Shown here: piece by piece, positions 43,119 through 53,134 of the stretch
How the letters are laid out: the number at the start of each line of letters is the position of its first letter
How positions within the stretch are numbered: position 1 is the stretch's first letter
IMG/VR virus record: IMGVR_UViG_2939142107_000001
Span: 1 to 64,000 of that record
DNA length: 64,000 bases
Source of the DNA: a virus
Taxonomy: Duplodnaviria > Heunggongvirae > Uroviricota > Caudoviricetes
Direction: 5' to 3' (one strand)
Translations under genes and position numbers: made by a program
The notes under the pieces: generated by a model
Databases searched by the model: none
Seen by the model: the letters and a program-made list of their open reading frames with translations, nothing else
What the model was told of the DNA's origin: nothing

Positions 43119-46100
43119 ATGAACAAGCTATCTATGGGAGTGTTTCGCTGTTCAAGTGTCAGCGAAATATTGAAATACATTAGGGCAATAACATCTCACC
43201 GAGCGCCGATTAAATACGGCGTGGAAAAGGTGGAAGGCAAAAGCTATGACCGACTGCGCCGTGAGGCGAATCAGAAGGCGATAGATTTGCTTAATTCGCT
43301 GGTGGACGGCGCGACACTGACAGATGAACAGCGCCAGATCCTGGCTGGGTACACCGGTGAAGGCGGCATTGGCGGGTCCGTCTCCGAATATTACACACCA
43401 AAGCCGATCGCTGAAGGTGTCTGGGAGATCATGAAGCTCTACGGCGCGGACGTAGGTAACACTCTGGAACCATCGGCGGGAACCGGCGTTTTTAATGAGA
43501 CAAAACCGGTTGGTACGGTGATGACCGCGACTGAGATCAGCAGTGTTTCCGGTCGTATAAACCAGCTGTTACATCCGGAAGACAGCGTACAAATTTCCCC
43601 GTTCGAACAACTGGCTGTAAGCACGCCTAACGATTCATTCGACCATGTTGTGGGTAACGTTCCGTTCGGCGGTCGTGATAACACACGCAACATCGATAAG
43701 CCTTACGCAGAAGAAACGGACATGGGGTCTTACTTCATGCTCCGCATGTTGGACAAGATAAAGCCTGGCGGATTCATGTGCGTGATTGTGCCGCCGTCCA
43801 TTGTTTCAGGTTCAAACATGAAGCGGTTACGCCTGCGCCTATCCCGTAAAGCTGAATTTCTTGGTGCCCACCGCTTGCCTACCGGTACTTTTGACGCAAA
43901 CGGGACCAGTACGGTCGTTGACGTGGTGCTGATGCGCAAACATCCGGCGGAGATGGCTGAGAAAATCCCCCTGGTGGATGAGAGCACTCTTGAATCGGCA
44001 AATGTGCTTTGGCCAACGTTTATTTCTGGCAAGTGGTTTGAAAAGGATGGCCGCCGGTTTGTTCATGGCACCCAGGAAAAGGGCTTCCAGGGGCGTATTG
44101 AGGTTCGTGCCGACGGTCAGATTGATAACCAGGCTCTTAAAGCGAAGCTGATTCATCGTTTCGAAAGCCGTATCGACTGGTCTTTGCTCGATATGGCTGA
44201 ACCGTCACCGACCGCAGATGTTGTTGATGAAGGGGAAATGCGCCTGATTAATGGCGTATGGCAAAAATATGCTGGTGGTCGCTGGATTGAAGCTGATGCC
44301 GGGAAGGAGCTGAAGATTGAGGTTGCCAGTTATGGCGCGGATAGCTGGGAGGCTCTTCAGCGTAACCTGACTACAACAGAAGGCCGTCTCGGTATGACAT
44401 TTACCCAGATGGCAAATGTCCGCGATAAGTACACCACATCAATCAGCGACGATATGGTGCAGCTGGTGGACTGGATTAACAGCCAGCCTGAAAAATACCG
44501 TGAACGCTTGTATCGTGGAGCGATGATTGGCCGGATGTTAATTGAATATCAGGATATGAAGGCCGCCGGGCATAGTGCTGAACAAATCGAACAGCAGCGC
44601 CTTTCTCTGGTATCCCGTTTGCAGGCAGAGATTGACCGTTTTGGTAACCCCGGTCGCGGTCCGATAGCGAAATTATCGGGGAGCGGTGCGCGCGCCTGGT
44701 TTGCTTTCCGTGGTGCAATTAAGCTGGATGGCACTATTTCTGACGAGCTGACAGGAAAACTGGTTACGCATGATTCCAGCGCCAGTTATGACTCTACCAG
44801 CTATCAGGACACCCTGCGTTATCTCTACAGTGATCTCACTCGCGATCCAATCCAGCTCGATGATTTCCGCCTTGCGTTTACCGGCGAACTGCCAGCCAGT
44901 GATGACGAGTTGCTTAATTTATTGGCCAGCACCCCTGGCATTGCGGTTTCACCGTATGGCGGGATTGTTCCGTTCGCCCGCGCCACCAGCGGCGACATTA
45001 ACGAGATAGTGGCTCCAAAACAGGAATTCCTCGCCACGCTCCCCGACGGTCCAGTAAAGAACAACGTCCTTAATCAGCTGGCAGCGATCGAAGAGAAGCG
45101 CATCAAGACGCCAGCAGAGAATATCCGGTTTAAGCTCAATAGCCGTTGGTTCGACCGTTCCGTCATTCTGGAATTTTTGCAGGAAAACGGCTATCCGGAT
45201 CTGCGCTATGTGCAGTCAGTGCAGCTGGAAGGCGACGAAATGGTTTCTGACACCTATCACGGTGGTGATGGTCTGTTCGTCGGGCACCGATACGGTGTCG
45301 TCCAGCGTAAGGATAAAGAAACAGGCGAGATCCGCTACGAGTGGGACCGTAAATCAGGTGAAAACGCGACCGGGTTCCCGGCACAGCTGGAAAAGTATCT
45401 CAATGGTGCGCGTATCGGTGGCAAAGATAGCGCGACGGCGAACGGCTACCGCGAGCAGATGGCACTGCTTGAGGACCAGTTCAATAAGTGGATCAAGACG
45501 CACGATCGCTACGATGAGCTGGTTGCCAAATACAACGATGTGTTCAATAGCAATATCCCGTATGAACACTCTGGCGATCCGCTTGGGTTGAAGGGATTAA
45601 GCGGTAAGCGCCAGCCATTTGATTACCAGAATAGCGAGGTGCGCCGACTGTCCGAAGATGGGCGCGGCATCCTGGGCTTCGGCACCGGGCTGGGTAAAAC
45701 CACGACCGCGCTGGCGCTTGAGGCGTTCAACTATGAGAACGGTCGCTCCACCCGTACTGCGTATGTAGTGCCTAAATCAGTGCTGGAAAACTGGTATTAC
45801 GAAGCAAAAGAATTCCTGAGTGAAGAGGCATTCAGTAACTACCTGTTCGTCGGTCTTGATGTGCTGATGGATGGCGATCAGATTCGCCAGGTGCCGGTGC
45901 TCGATGAGAACGGTAAACCTGTTCTTGGTACTGATGGCACTCCAGTTATGCGCGATGCCCTAAAACTGGCAGATGAAGCCACTATCACGGCGCGGATGAA
46001 CGCGATCCCGCACTCAAATTACCGTGCAGTCGTGTTTACCAAAGAACAATACGCCCGCATTCCGCTACGTGATGACACCGTAGATGAGCATGCACAGGAT

Positions 46101-49100
46101 ATGCTTTATGACTTCGTTGCCGCCGGACGCGTAGCCAGCGCAATGGACTCCGACTCCCACCGCAAAGAGGCCGCGCGTCGCCGGGTATTGTCGGAGTATT
46201 CAGATACCGGCACCGAAAAAGCAGAGAAGTATCCGTACTTTGAGGATATGGGCTTCGATAGTGTGATCGCTGACGAAGGTCACAACTACCGCAATAGCTA
46301 TAAAAATGGTCGCGAAGCGTCACAACTGGCCTATCTGCCCACCAGCGCGGTGGCGCAATCGGCGCGAGATATGGCAATTAAAAACGCGTACCTGATGAAA
46401 AAGAATGGCGGGCGCGGGCCGGTTCTCCTGACTGCAACGCCAGTCGTTAACACCCCGATCGATGCATACAACATGCTTTCTCATGTTCTGCCGAAGGAAT
46501 ACTGGCAGAACATGGGGATCTACGGTCCTGATGACTTCGTTAAATTCTTCGGCAAGACCAGGCTGGAAACGGTACAGAAAATTAGCGGTGAAGTTGAAGA
46601 AAAAATGGCGCTGATGGGCTTTGAAAACCTTGATGCGCTGCGCGGTATATTCCATCGCTGGGTAACGCTTAAAACGGCGGAAGACGTTAAGGATACCGTG
46701 GAGATCCCGGAGCTGGACGAACACCAGCAGGATGCACCACTTACTGAAGAACAACTGGCGGCGTATGAAGAATTGCGTCAGCAGGCGGAAGCGGCGGCCA
46801 AAGCCAACAATGGCGTAACGACCTCGGTCAATGAAGACGGCGTGATTGAGCACGAGAAAGCCCGTCCGATCTTCTCAATAATCAGGGATATGGACCGCGT
46901 ATGTACTGACATGGACCTGTACTATCGCCGGATCACCTATCGTTTCCTGCCGGAGTACGCCGATGCGGTGCAGCAGCTGGCGGACAGTTTGCCTAAACAA
47001 GCCACCAGCGAAGACGACGACAGTGATGATTCAATCACGCAGCAATCGCAATACTCCCTGATAGATAAGGGCGAGTTTATTCAGTTGCAGGTTCCGGAAG
47101 CGTTCGAGCAGGAAGTGAATAAGCGCCTGGCCAGGTTTGGCATTGACGAACAGACCGTAACTCACCCCGTTACGCCCAAATACGCGAAGCTGATCGCCAC
47201 GCTGAAGGAGTTTTTCCCGGAAGGTAAGCAAATCATCTTCACCGATGAAAAAACGCAGCACCAGAAGCTCAAGCGCATTATCTGCAATGCTCTAAACCTT
47301 GAACCTTCAAAGGTGGGGATCCTGAATGCTCAGACGGTTGCCGAGGCAGGTAAAACCGGTAAGAAACTGAAAGCGGTTAAACCGCCGAAAGAGCTACCGG
47401 ATGAACCAACAGATGCACAGATAGCGAAATACAACGAGCAAATGGCTCTGTATGACGCCTATATCGCGCAGCAAAATGAAATGTCGTTGGGCGGTCTGGA
47501 AAAGATTGCAGCCGACTTCCAGGAGGGCCGGACTCCGATCATCATCTGCAACAAAAAGGCAGAGGTGGGTATCAACCTGCATCGAGGAACGACGGATATC
47601 CACCACCTGACGTTGCCGTGGACACCAGCCAGTATCGCACAGCGTAACGGTCGCGGTGCCCGAGTTGGTTCCAACCGTGCAAGCGTTCGCGTTCACTACT
47701 ACTGCGGCAAGGGGTCTTTCGATGAATACCGACTGAAGACGCTGAAGCGTAAAGCAGGCTGGATCTCCGATATCCTCCGTTCAGATAAGTCAGAAATGGA
47801 GAACGCCGACGCCAATGACATGATCGAAATGCAGATGTATACCGCGAAGGATGACGGCGAACGTCTGGCAATGATGCAGGTTCAAATGGATAAGGCGAAA
47901 GCTGCGAAACGCGCTCGCCAGAAAGAACAGGCTACTATCGACCTTCAGAACTACATCAAGGCGCAGCACGCAGCTGGCGAGGATGTGGAGGTACTTACCG
48001 CTGAATTAGAGCGAAGCAAAGCGGAACTTGAAAAGACCACCGCCGAGGTAGCTAAATTCAAACAGGCGGCAATGGCCAAGGCAGCGGATAACGCAGACTG
48101 GAAGGCCCGCTGGGGGAGTGTCCATCACACAGACCGTATGTTGTTAGCACAGTATCGCGCGTCGTTGAAAAGCGCCATTCAGCGCAAGGCTAATATCTCT
48201 CAGGCCATCTCCCGCTATGAGAAATTATTGAACCGTACTCAGAAGGCCGCGACGGATATCAAACGCCTGCGCCCGCTGGTGGAGGATGCAATAAATAAAG
48301 GCATTCTGGATGTTGATCCTGATCTGGTTAACCATGCGAATGAGTTCCTTGTTATCGGCGATCGCTCATGGCGTGTAGGCCAATACTACGATTGTGCCGG
48401 TGATATCGTTCGCATTAAGTCGCTGGACTTCGACAGCCAGCGCGCAGACGTGGAGATCATCTTTACCTTAAGAGGCACCAAATCGGGTAACTGGGATGTG
48501 AAGACGCTGGATAAACAGGTGGATGTAACTCCCGATGAAGATGCTGTTATGCAGAAAATCAGTGGTGGCGTCTCCATCGCCGGGATTAACGACATCATTT
48601 CCTGTGACGATTTCTACCGTTTCCAGCAGCGCGGCATGATCAAAATCACTGACTCATACGGCGTTCAGACTACAGAGTCAGGCTATAGCATTGATTTTGT
48701 TGGTACCTATACGGACCCACTGAAGCATGCGGTTTACCCGGATCGCCGTGACGGCGCGCTGAAGTCGTCAATTGCAAAATGGGTGCTTGGTATGATGTCG
48801 GAAGGGAATAACCGCCAGATCCGTTCGGCAGAAACATTCCTGGTTGAATTGTTTGGCTCCAATTATGGCGATGTAATCGCGTCATACGGAGATACGCTAT
48901 CCCCTGAAGCAATTCAGGAGAAAATAGCGGATGCGATCGCAAAAATGCCGGAGAAAACAAGCCAGGGGGCTACTCGTAACGGGGATTCTGAACTTGAGGT
49001 CACCAATGCCATTTTCGGTACCCATGAGTTCCGGGCGTCAGATTATGAGATCACCACAGCACAGTTTGGCACCATTGGCATTTACAGCAATAAAGCCGAG

Positions 49101-49886
49101 ATCAAGCAGGCAATGGACGCAGCAAACGCGCGCATCGCAGCAGAACGGGAAGCCAATCTGAATCATGCAGTCGCCGCACTGACTCAATCGTGGGTAACAG
49201 CAATCAGGGAGGCCGCCACCACAGGGAAAATCACACCTGCAATTGCGGATGTCGTAAACGCCGGCTCTAAATTTATGGATGCCTATCAAATGGATGCGGT
49301 GCAGTTGCCATCAGCCTATGGCCAACTCAGCTATCGCATGACCTACAACCTGGTATCAATGTTTTCCGACCTTGCCATCCTTGGGCTGGTGGATCTTAAC
49401 GAGGTTACGCCGGAATTGCTCAGCATGCGCAAGAATCATGTGGAGATATTGCAGAGAATTAACACGGTTCTTGCCGGGCGCACCGATGAAGAGAAACAGG
49501 CCGACGCTGATCGGATAAACCTGGCCCTTGGCAACATCACGGAGGAAGAAATTGCCGCCAGAAACGAGAAACAAGAAGAGTTATCATCAATACAGGGTGA
49601 TGCCACCAGCATAGCTCAGTCTCTTGGTCTGAATTATCGCGTATCCACCGCCGACCTGAAGATGATGTACGCACCGAAATTCGCCGCTGGCGAGGTATTT
49701 GGGCTTCAGGAAGCCTCAGGCATGAAAGGCGTTCTTTTCCGTGCGAAAGACGCAATCAAGGCGAAATTCGGCGCTCGCTGGCTGCCAGCGAAGGCGAAGA
49801 ACAGCGATTTCCCGGGTAACTGGTGGATTATCGAGACAAAACACAACGTGGCGGACGTTCTGGCCGTCATCCAACAATACGCATAA
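43119..49886 (+). CDS. darB: DarB: giant virion-packaged antirestriction protein with N6-adenine methyltransferase-like and helicase domains
   Basis: 2255-aa ORF with RBS TAAGGA; MTase-like motif DHVVGNVPFGG; helicase motif I GFGTGLGKTTTALAL and motif II DEGHNYRN. Length matches P1 DarB. Confidence 0.85.
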   Translation: MNKLSMGVFRCSSVSEILKYIRAITSHRAPIKYGVEKVEGKSYDRLRREANQKAIDLLNSLVDGATLTDEQRQILAGYTGEGGIGGSVSEYYTPKPIAEGVWEIMKLYGADVGNTLEPSAGTGVFNETKPVGTVMTATEISSVSGRINQLLHPEDSVQISPFEQLAVSTPNDSFDHVVGNVPFGGRDNTRNIDKPYAEETDMGSYFMLRMLDKIKPGGFMCVIVPPSIVSGSNMKRLRLRLSRKAEFLGAHRLPTGTFDANGTSTVVDVVLMRKHPAEMAEKIPLVDESTLESANVLWPTFISGKWFEKDGRRFVHGTQEKGFQGRIEVRADGQIDNQALKAKLIHRFESRIDWSLLDMAEPSPTADVVDEGEMRLINGVWQKYAGGRWIEADAGKELKIEVASYGADSWEALQRNLTTTEGRLGMTFTQMANVRDKYTTSISDDMVQLVDWINSQPEKYRERLYRGAMIGRMLIEYQDMKAAGHSAEQIEQQRLSLVSRLQAEIDRFGNPGRGPIAKLSGSGARAWFAFRGAIKLDGTISDELTGKLVTHDSSASYDSTSYQDTLRYLYSDLTRDPIQLDDFRLAFTGELPASDDELLNLLASTPGIAVSPYGGIVPFARATSGDINEIVAPKQEFLATLPDGPVKNNVLNQLAAIEEKRIKTPAENIRFKLNSRWFDRSVILEFLQENGYPDLRYVQSVQLEGDEMVSDTYHGGDGLFVGHRYGVVQRKDKETGEIRYEWDRKSGENATGFPAQLEKYLNGARIGGKDSATANGYREQMALLEDQFNKWIKTHDRYDELVAKYNDVFNSNIPYEHSGDPLGLKGLSGKRQPFDYQNSEVRRLSEDGRGILGFGTGLGKTTTALALEAFNYENGRSTRTAYVVPKSVLENWYYEAKEFLSEEAFSNYLFVGLDVLMDGDQIRQVPVLDENGKPVLGTDGTPVMRDALKLADEATITARMNAIPHSNYRAVVFTKEQYARIPLRDDTVDEHAQDMLYDFVAAGRVASAMDSDSHRKEAARRRVLSEYSDTGTEKAEKYPYFEDMGFDSVIADEGHNYRNSYKNGREASQLAYLPTSAVAQSARDMAIKNAYLMKKNGGRGPVLLTATPVVNTPIDAYNMLSHVLPKEYWQNMGIYGPDDFVKFFGKTRLETVQKISGEVEEKMALMGFENLDALRGIFHRWVTLKTAEDVKDTVEIPELDEHQQDAPLTEEQLAAYEELRQQAEAAAKANNGVTTSVNEDGVIEHEKARPIFSIIRDMDRVCTDMDLYYRRITYRFLPEYADAVQQLADSLPKQATSEDDDSDDSITQQSQYSLIDKGEFIQLQVPEAFEQEVNKRLARFGIDEQTVTHPVTPKYAKLIATLKEFFPEGKQIIFTDEKTQHQKLKRIICNALNLEPSKVGILNAQTVAEAGKTGKKLKAVKPPKELPDEPTDAQIAKYNEQMALYDAYIAQQNEMSLGGLEKIAADFQEGRTPIIICNKKAEVGINLHRGTTDIHHLTLPWTPASIAQRNGRGARVGSNRASVRVHYYCGKGSFDEYRLKTLKRKAGWISDILRSDKSEMENADANDMIEMQMYTAKDDGERLAMMQVQMDKAKAAKRARQKEQATIDLQNYIKAQHAAGEDVEVLTAELERSKAELEKTTAEVAKFKQAAMAKAADNADWKARWGSVHHTDRMLLAQYRASLKSAIQRKANISQAISRYEKLLNRTQKAATDIKRLRPLVEDAINKGILDVDPDLVNHANEFLVIGDRSWRVGQYYDCAGDIVRIKSLDFDSQRADVEIIFTLRGTKSGNWDVKTLDKQVDVTPDEDAVMQKISGGVSIAGINDIISCDDFYRFQQRGMIKITDSYGVQTTESGYSIDFVGTYTDPLKHAVYPDRRDGALKSSIAKWVLGMMSEGNNRQIRSAETFLVELFGSNYGDVIASYGDTLSPEAIQEKIADAIAKMPEKTSQGATRNGDSELEVTNAIFGTHEFRASDYEITTAQFGTIGIYSNKAEIKQAMDAANARIAAEREANLNHAVAALTQSWVTAIREAATTGKITPAIADVVNAGSKFMDAYQMDAVQLPSAYGQLSYRMTYNLVSMFSDLAILGLVDLNEVTPELLSMRKNHVEILQRINTVLAGRTDEEKQADADRINLALGNITEEEIAARNEKQEELSSIQGDATSIAQSLGLNYRVSTADLKMMYAPKFAAGEVFGLQEASGMKGVLFRAKDAIKAKFGARWLPAKAKNSDFPGNWWIIETKHNVADVLAVIQQYA

Positions 49887-49919
49887 CAGGAGCGCCCGGT
49901 TCGCCGGGCGTCGCATAAT

Positions 49920-50360
49920 ATGGCCACACTATCTGATACAATAAAACCGAATAAAACATATCTTGAGGCGGTACTCCGTACAGCGTTGTTAGGAAAGACA
50001 GAAGACGAATACGTTGATTTCTTCCTGTCAGGGCTACGCGGGCGATTACTGAAAAATCCCCGCCTGTACCGCAGCTATGGTCCATACTGGCCGGAAATTA
50101 AAAAATTATTACTGGAGCGCGGTTATGGTAATTTCGGTCGTCTCGTTGACCGTGACGTTCGCAAAATTTACCGTTATGACCGCCCGGCTCTAACACTCAT
50201 AGCCGCGACGCTCTACAGCCAGGAGCGTTTTGATAATGGTCAGATATACTCAGCCTGGCATTTACTGCCAGTGCCTGAAGAAGTTGACGACCAGGACTAT
50301 GAATTTGAGTCTTACGATTTGGAAGTTGAAGCCTTGGCACAGGCTGGAGAGAAAACTTGA
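49920..50360 (+). CDS. Hypothetical protein downstream of darB (P1 ulx position)
   Basis: 146-aa ORF, 33 nt after the darB stop. Confidence 0.45.
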   Translation: MATLSDTIKPNKTYLEAVLRTALLGKTEDEYVDFFLSGLRGRLLKNPRLYRSYGPYWPEIKKLLLERGYGNFGRLVDRDVRKIYRYDRPALTLIAATLYSQERFDNGQIYSAWHLLPVPEEVDDQDYEFESYDLEVEALAQAGEKT

Positions 50361-50605
50361 AAAAGCGATACTACACAGTAAAGCATGGGACGCTACGAGC
50401 ATTACAAGAGTTTGCTGATAAGCATAACGTTGAGGTGCGCAGGGAAGGGGGAAGTAAAGCTCTGCGCATGTACCGCCCGGACGGGAAATGGCGTACGGTC
50501 GTCGATTTCAAAACTAACAGCGTTCCCCAGGGCGTCCGCGACCGGGCATTCGAAGAATGGGAGCAAATCATCATAGATAATGCATTGCTCCTGAATGCTG
50601 ATTAA
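50357..50605 (+). CDS. Small protein at the P1 lxc/bof position (82 aa)
   Basis: 82-aa ORF with ATGA overlap to the upstream gene; size equals recalled P1 Bof/Lxc; sequence identity not verified. Confidence 0.4.
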   Translation: MKKRYYTVKHGTLRALQEFADKHNVEVRREGGSKALRMYRPDGKWRTVVDFKTNSVPQGVRDRAFEEWEQIIIDNALLLNAD

Positions 50606-50613
50606 GTTTGTCT

Positions 50614-50638
50614 AGCCCGGTTAATACCGGGCTGGTTT
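50614..50638. terminator. Hairpin terminator between convergent genes (AGCCCGGT-TAAT-ACCGGGCT)
   Basis: Perfect 8-bp stem, read directly. Confidence 0.5.
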
Positions 50639-50663
50639 AGACATCTTAAGTGGGTGTTAATTT

Positions 50664-51173
50664 TTAATTATGGTTAATCATATCTAACAGTATTTTTAGC
50701 TTCCTGCATGTGTTATCAATATCTTTACATAATATGACATCAAGGATGTTTGGTAGTCCTAATACCATATGAGAAATGAAACCCTCGCCAACTTGTAGAT
50801 TATGGGTAGTCTCATCTGGATTCACGTATTCAATGGTTTTAGTTTTATTTATCCCATAATCTTTATAACAGATGATTACAGGAATGTTCTTCTGTTCAGC
50901 AATCTGCAACTCTATTCCTAGCCCTGTTGATGGAAAACTACATTCTGCAATTATTACATCAGATTTCTCAACCATATCTCTGTCCCAAATGTAACAAAGT
51001 CTAGATTTGTTACTTTCAGGGCGCTTTGATAATTCTGGGTCACTATTTATCAAAGCATATTTTACGTTGTTATTTTGAGATAGACCTTTTGCAAGGCTGT
51101 GAATCCAATTACTGTACTCATGGAAAATTTCCCTTGGAACATGAGTTAAAGCGCATGCGATATATATATTCAT
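50664..51173 (-). CDS. Predicted nucleoside 2-deoxyribosyltransferase/Rcl-like (flavodoxin-like) fold protein, 169 aa; distal gene of a two-gene AT-rich operon at the res-mod position
   Basis: Start ATG overlaps the upstream stop (TAATG). N-terminal strand MNIYIACAL and C-terminal motif AECSFPSTGLGIELQIAEQKNIPVI resemble the NDT/dNMP N-glycosidase signature (buried Glu in a Gly-rich loop). Very AT-rich codon usage. Confidence 0.55.
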   Translation of the reverse strand: MNIYIACALTHVPREIFHEYSNWIHSLAKGLSQNNNVKYALINSDPELSKRPESNKSRLCYIWDRDMVEKSDVIIAECSFPSTGLGIELQIAEQKNIPVIICYKDYGINKTKTIEYVNPDETTHNLQVGEGFISHMVLGLPNILDVILCKDIDNTCRKLKILLDMINHN

Positions 51174-52213
51174 TAAGAAGCAGACCTTACGTTTGGGATA
51201 AGAAATTGGTGTCCAGTAATTTCAGATGAAATTGCATCTATAAACTGTGACGGAGATTGTTGAATAAATTCAGCAATAATCCAGTTTTCTTTTTCATTTA
51301 GTAACTGTCTTAGCTTAAGTGGGTCATACCGACATAGCTCACTTAATCGATGCATAGCTGCTAGGGTTATAACCAATGGCGATATTGAAACAGAAGTATG
51401 CTCAGATTGATTGTTTTTACGTTTGAGATACCAAAGAGTCTCTGCGCCATTGATATAGTAAAGATCTCTTCTTATTTTTTGATGAAATTCAGTTAATTGC
51501 GGCATGTTGGACGATTGATTTTCATTAAAATCAAGTAATGATTCTACTGATTTTATTTTGTACTTTTCTCTTTCAAACAATTCGAACGCTGGCGGTAGAA
51601 TGTCGAAAACTGTGTCGAACCGAAAATCCTTGGATAAAATCGCAGTGAAAAACAGGCTATTGTCTGACTCATTCAAAACGAACTCAGCATCGATCAGTGG
51701 AATAAATATATCATCAGTTACATCATAAGTAAGGCAATATGTACGATGAATATATGGCAATCCAGAAAAAAGGTTTTTTATATTGTACACCCCCTCATGA
51801 GAGGTGCCGTCAATATATTTTGAAAAAGACGGAAGTATACCCTCATTTTTTATTTTTACTTTTATATCAGATAAGTTATCAATTTGGGCTGTATTTTCAC
51901 CCCTAGCAACACCATGATGCTGTTTGAAGTTTATATTGCGAGATGAAAGTAACGCCTTTACTGCATTCATGAATGAATAATAGTGCAAAAGTGGGGCTGA
52001 TTGGTTGGGTAAACCATTGGCCGCCTGATTAAATACTTTTGCTTGCTCCCAATAAAAAAGAGCCTCATCTTTTTCGTTTCGCTTTAACCAGAGTTCGACA
52101 AAATCCCAATGACTGTATGTAAGTACATTCCTTGCGGTTAGGTCAGGGTTTAATAATGCTTTATGAGGCTTCATGACCTTGTTCCTAATTTTCAGCGGCT
52201 TAATATTCATCAT
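51173..52213 (-). CDS. Hypothetical protein, 346 aa, proximal gene of the two-gene operon; no recognisable family (weak R-x6-H motif RKNNQSEH)
   Basis: ATG 52213 with RBS GGAGGA 8 nt upstream; putative promoter TTGTGG-N17-TACAAT at about 52233-52261 on the minus strand; AT-rich. Confidence 0.55.
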   Translation of the reverse strand: MMNIKPLKIRNKVMKPHKALLNPDLTARNVLTYSHWDFVELWLKRNEKDEALFYWEQAKVFNQAANGLPNQSAPLLHYYSFMNAVKALLSSRNINFKQHHGVARGENTAQIDNLSDIKVKIKNEGILPSFSKYIDGTSHEGVYNIKNLFSGLPYIHRTYCLTYDVTDDIFIPLIDAEFVLNESDNSLFFTAILSKDFRFDTVFDILPPAFELFEREKYKIKSVESLLDFNENQSSNMPQLTEFHQKIRRDLYYINGAETLWYLKRKNNQSEHTSVSISPLVITLAAMHRLSELCRYDPLKLRQLLNEKENWIIAEFIQQSPSQFIDAISSEITGHQFLIPNVRSAS

Positions 52214-52303
52214 TGTAATAATCCTCCACCCAAAGTTACTAGATTGTAAAATATATATTTTTGTTCCACAACAAAAATCTCTATTGGCTACTGACGTAAT
52301 TAA

Positions 52304-52945
52304 TTATAAATAGTTTTCTTTGCCGGTAAGTAAGCCTTGAGGAACTCGCTTGTCGGCTAGACATTGGGTTCCGCGAATTATGTTAATCAGAGGGCTTAGT
52401 AACGATGGTTCCTGGCGGGCCTCAACTTCTCCAGCCATTGCCCTGATGTAGTCGGCGCTTGCAACGTTGTTATATTCCGTTGCGAAGCAGCATAACAACG
52501 ACAGAACGTGCTCTGTCGTTATTTCGCTCCAGTTGATGTTGAAAAATTCATCGCCTTTTTTGTCGTGTTCGGAATCGAAGATGCTTTGGTGGAGGATGTA
52601 TTTGCCGGATTCTTTGCGCGGTAACTTGATCGCTTTCTGGCGTTCCAGCTCCTTGTAAATCTGCATTGCTTCAATTAGTACCGGCCTGCCGTTCATGAAG
52701 GGATCGCGCAACCTTACACGCTGGCCAACTCGACCCGTAATAAAGCTGTTTTCCTCTTCCACCAGCACGATAAAACCCTTTTCCTCTTTTTCTTGCAATT
52801 CGCGCAGCAGCTGGAGTTCCATATCGCGGCGGCGTTCAGGGTAGCTGGTCCGCTCAGCCATTATCAGCTCATTGTTGATCCATGCGGCAGTCATTGACGC
52901 CGGTTTGCCGACGCTCATCGAAACAACGCATATTTTCTTATCCAT
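52304..52945 (-). CDS. Hypothetical protein at the P1 mat position
   Basis: Probable start ATG 52945 (RBS AAGGGG), 213 aa; lies between ref and the two-gene operon. Confidence 0.45.
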   Translation of the reverse strand: MDKKICVVSMSVGKPASMTAAWINNELIMAERTSYPERRRDMELQLLRELQEKEEKGFIVLVEEENSFITGRVGQRVRLRDPFMNGRPVLIEAMQIYKELERQKAIKLPRKESGKYILHQSIFDSEHDKKGDEFFNINWSEITTEHVLSLLCCFATEYNNVASADYIRAMAGEVEARQEPSLLSPLINIIRGTQCLADKRVPQGLLTGKENYL

Positions 52946-53134
52946 AGCGCCCCTTATAAAAAAGAAAAGCCACCAGCGGCGGCTTAGCAATACAACTGAA
53001 GGTAGCGCCCGGTACTCAGACTGTGCCGTCCATGGAATATTTGAAAAGGGATCCATCCGTACCGGGCATGTGATGATTCTGACTGAAGTCACTTGTCAGT
53101 TGTCAATTATTTCAGATTAAAAATAATATATTTA

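Noticed and set aside
43439-49755. Numerous short ORFs on both strands inside darB
   Set aside because: All lie within the single 2255-aa darB reading frame, which has coherent methyltransferase and helicase motifs; they are statistical noise in a long GC-balanced gene.
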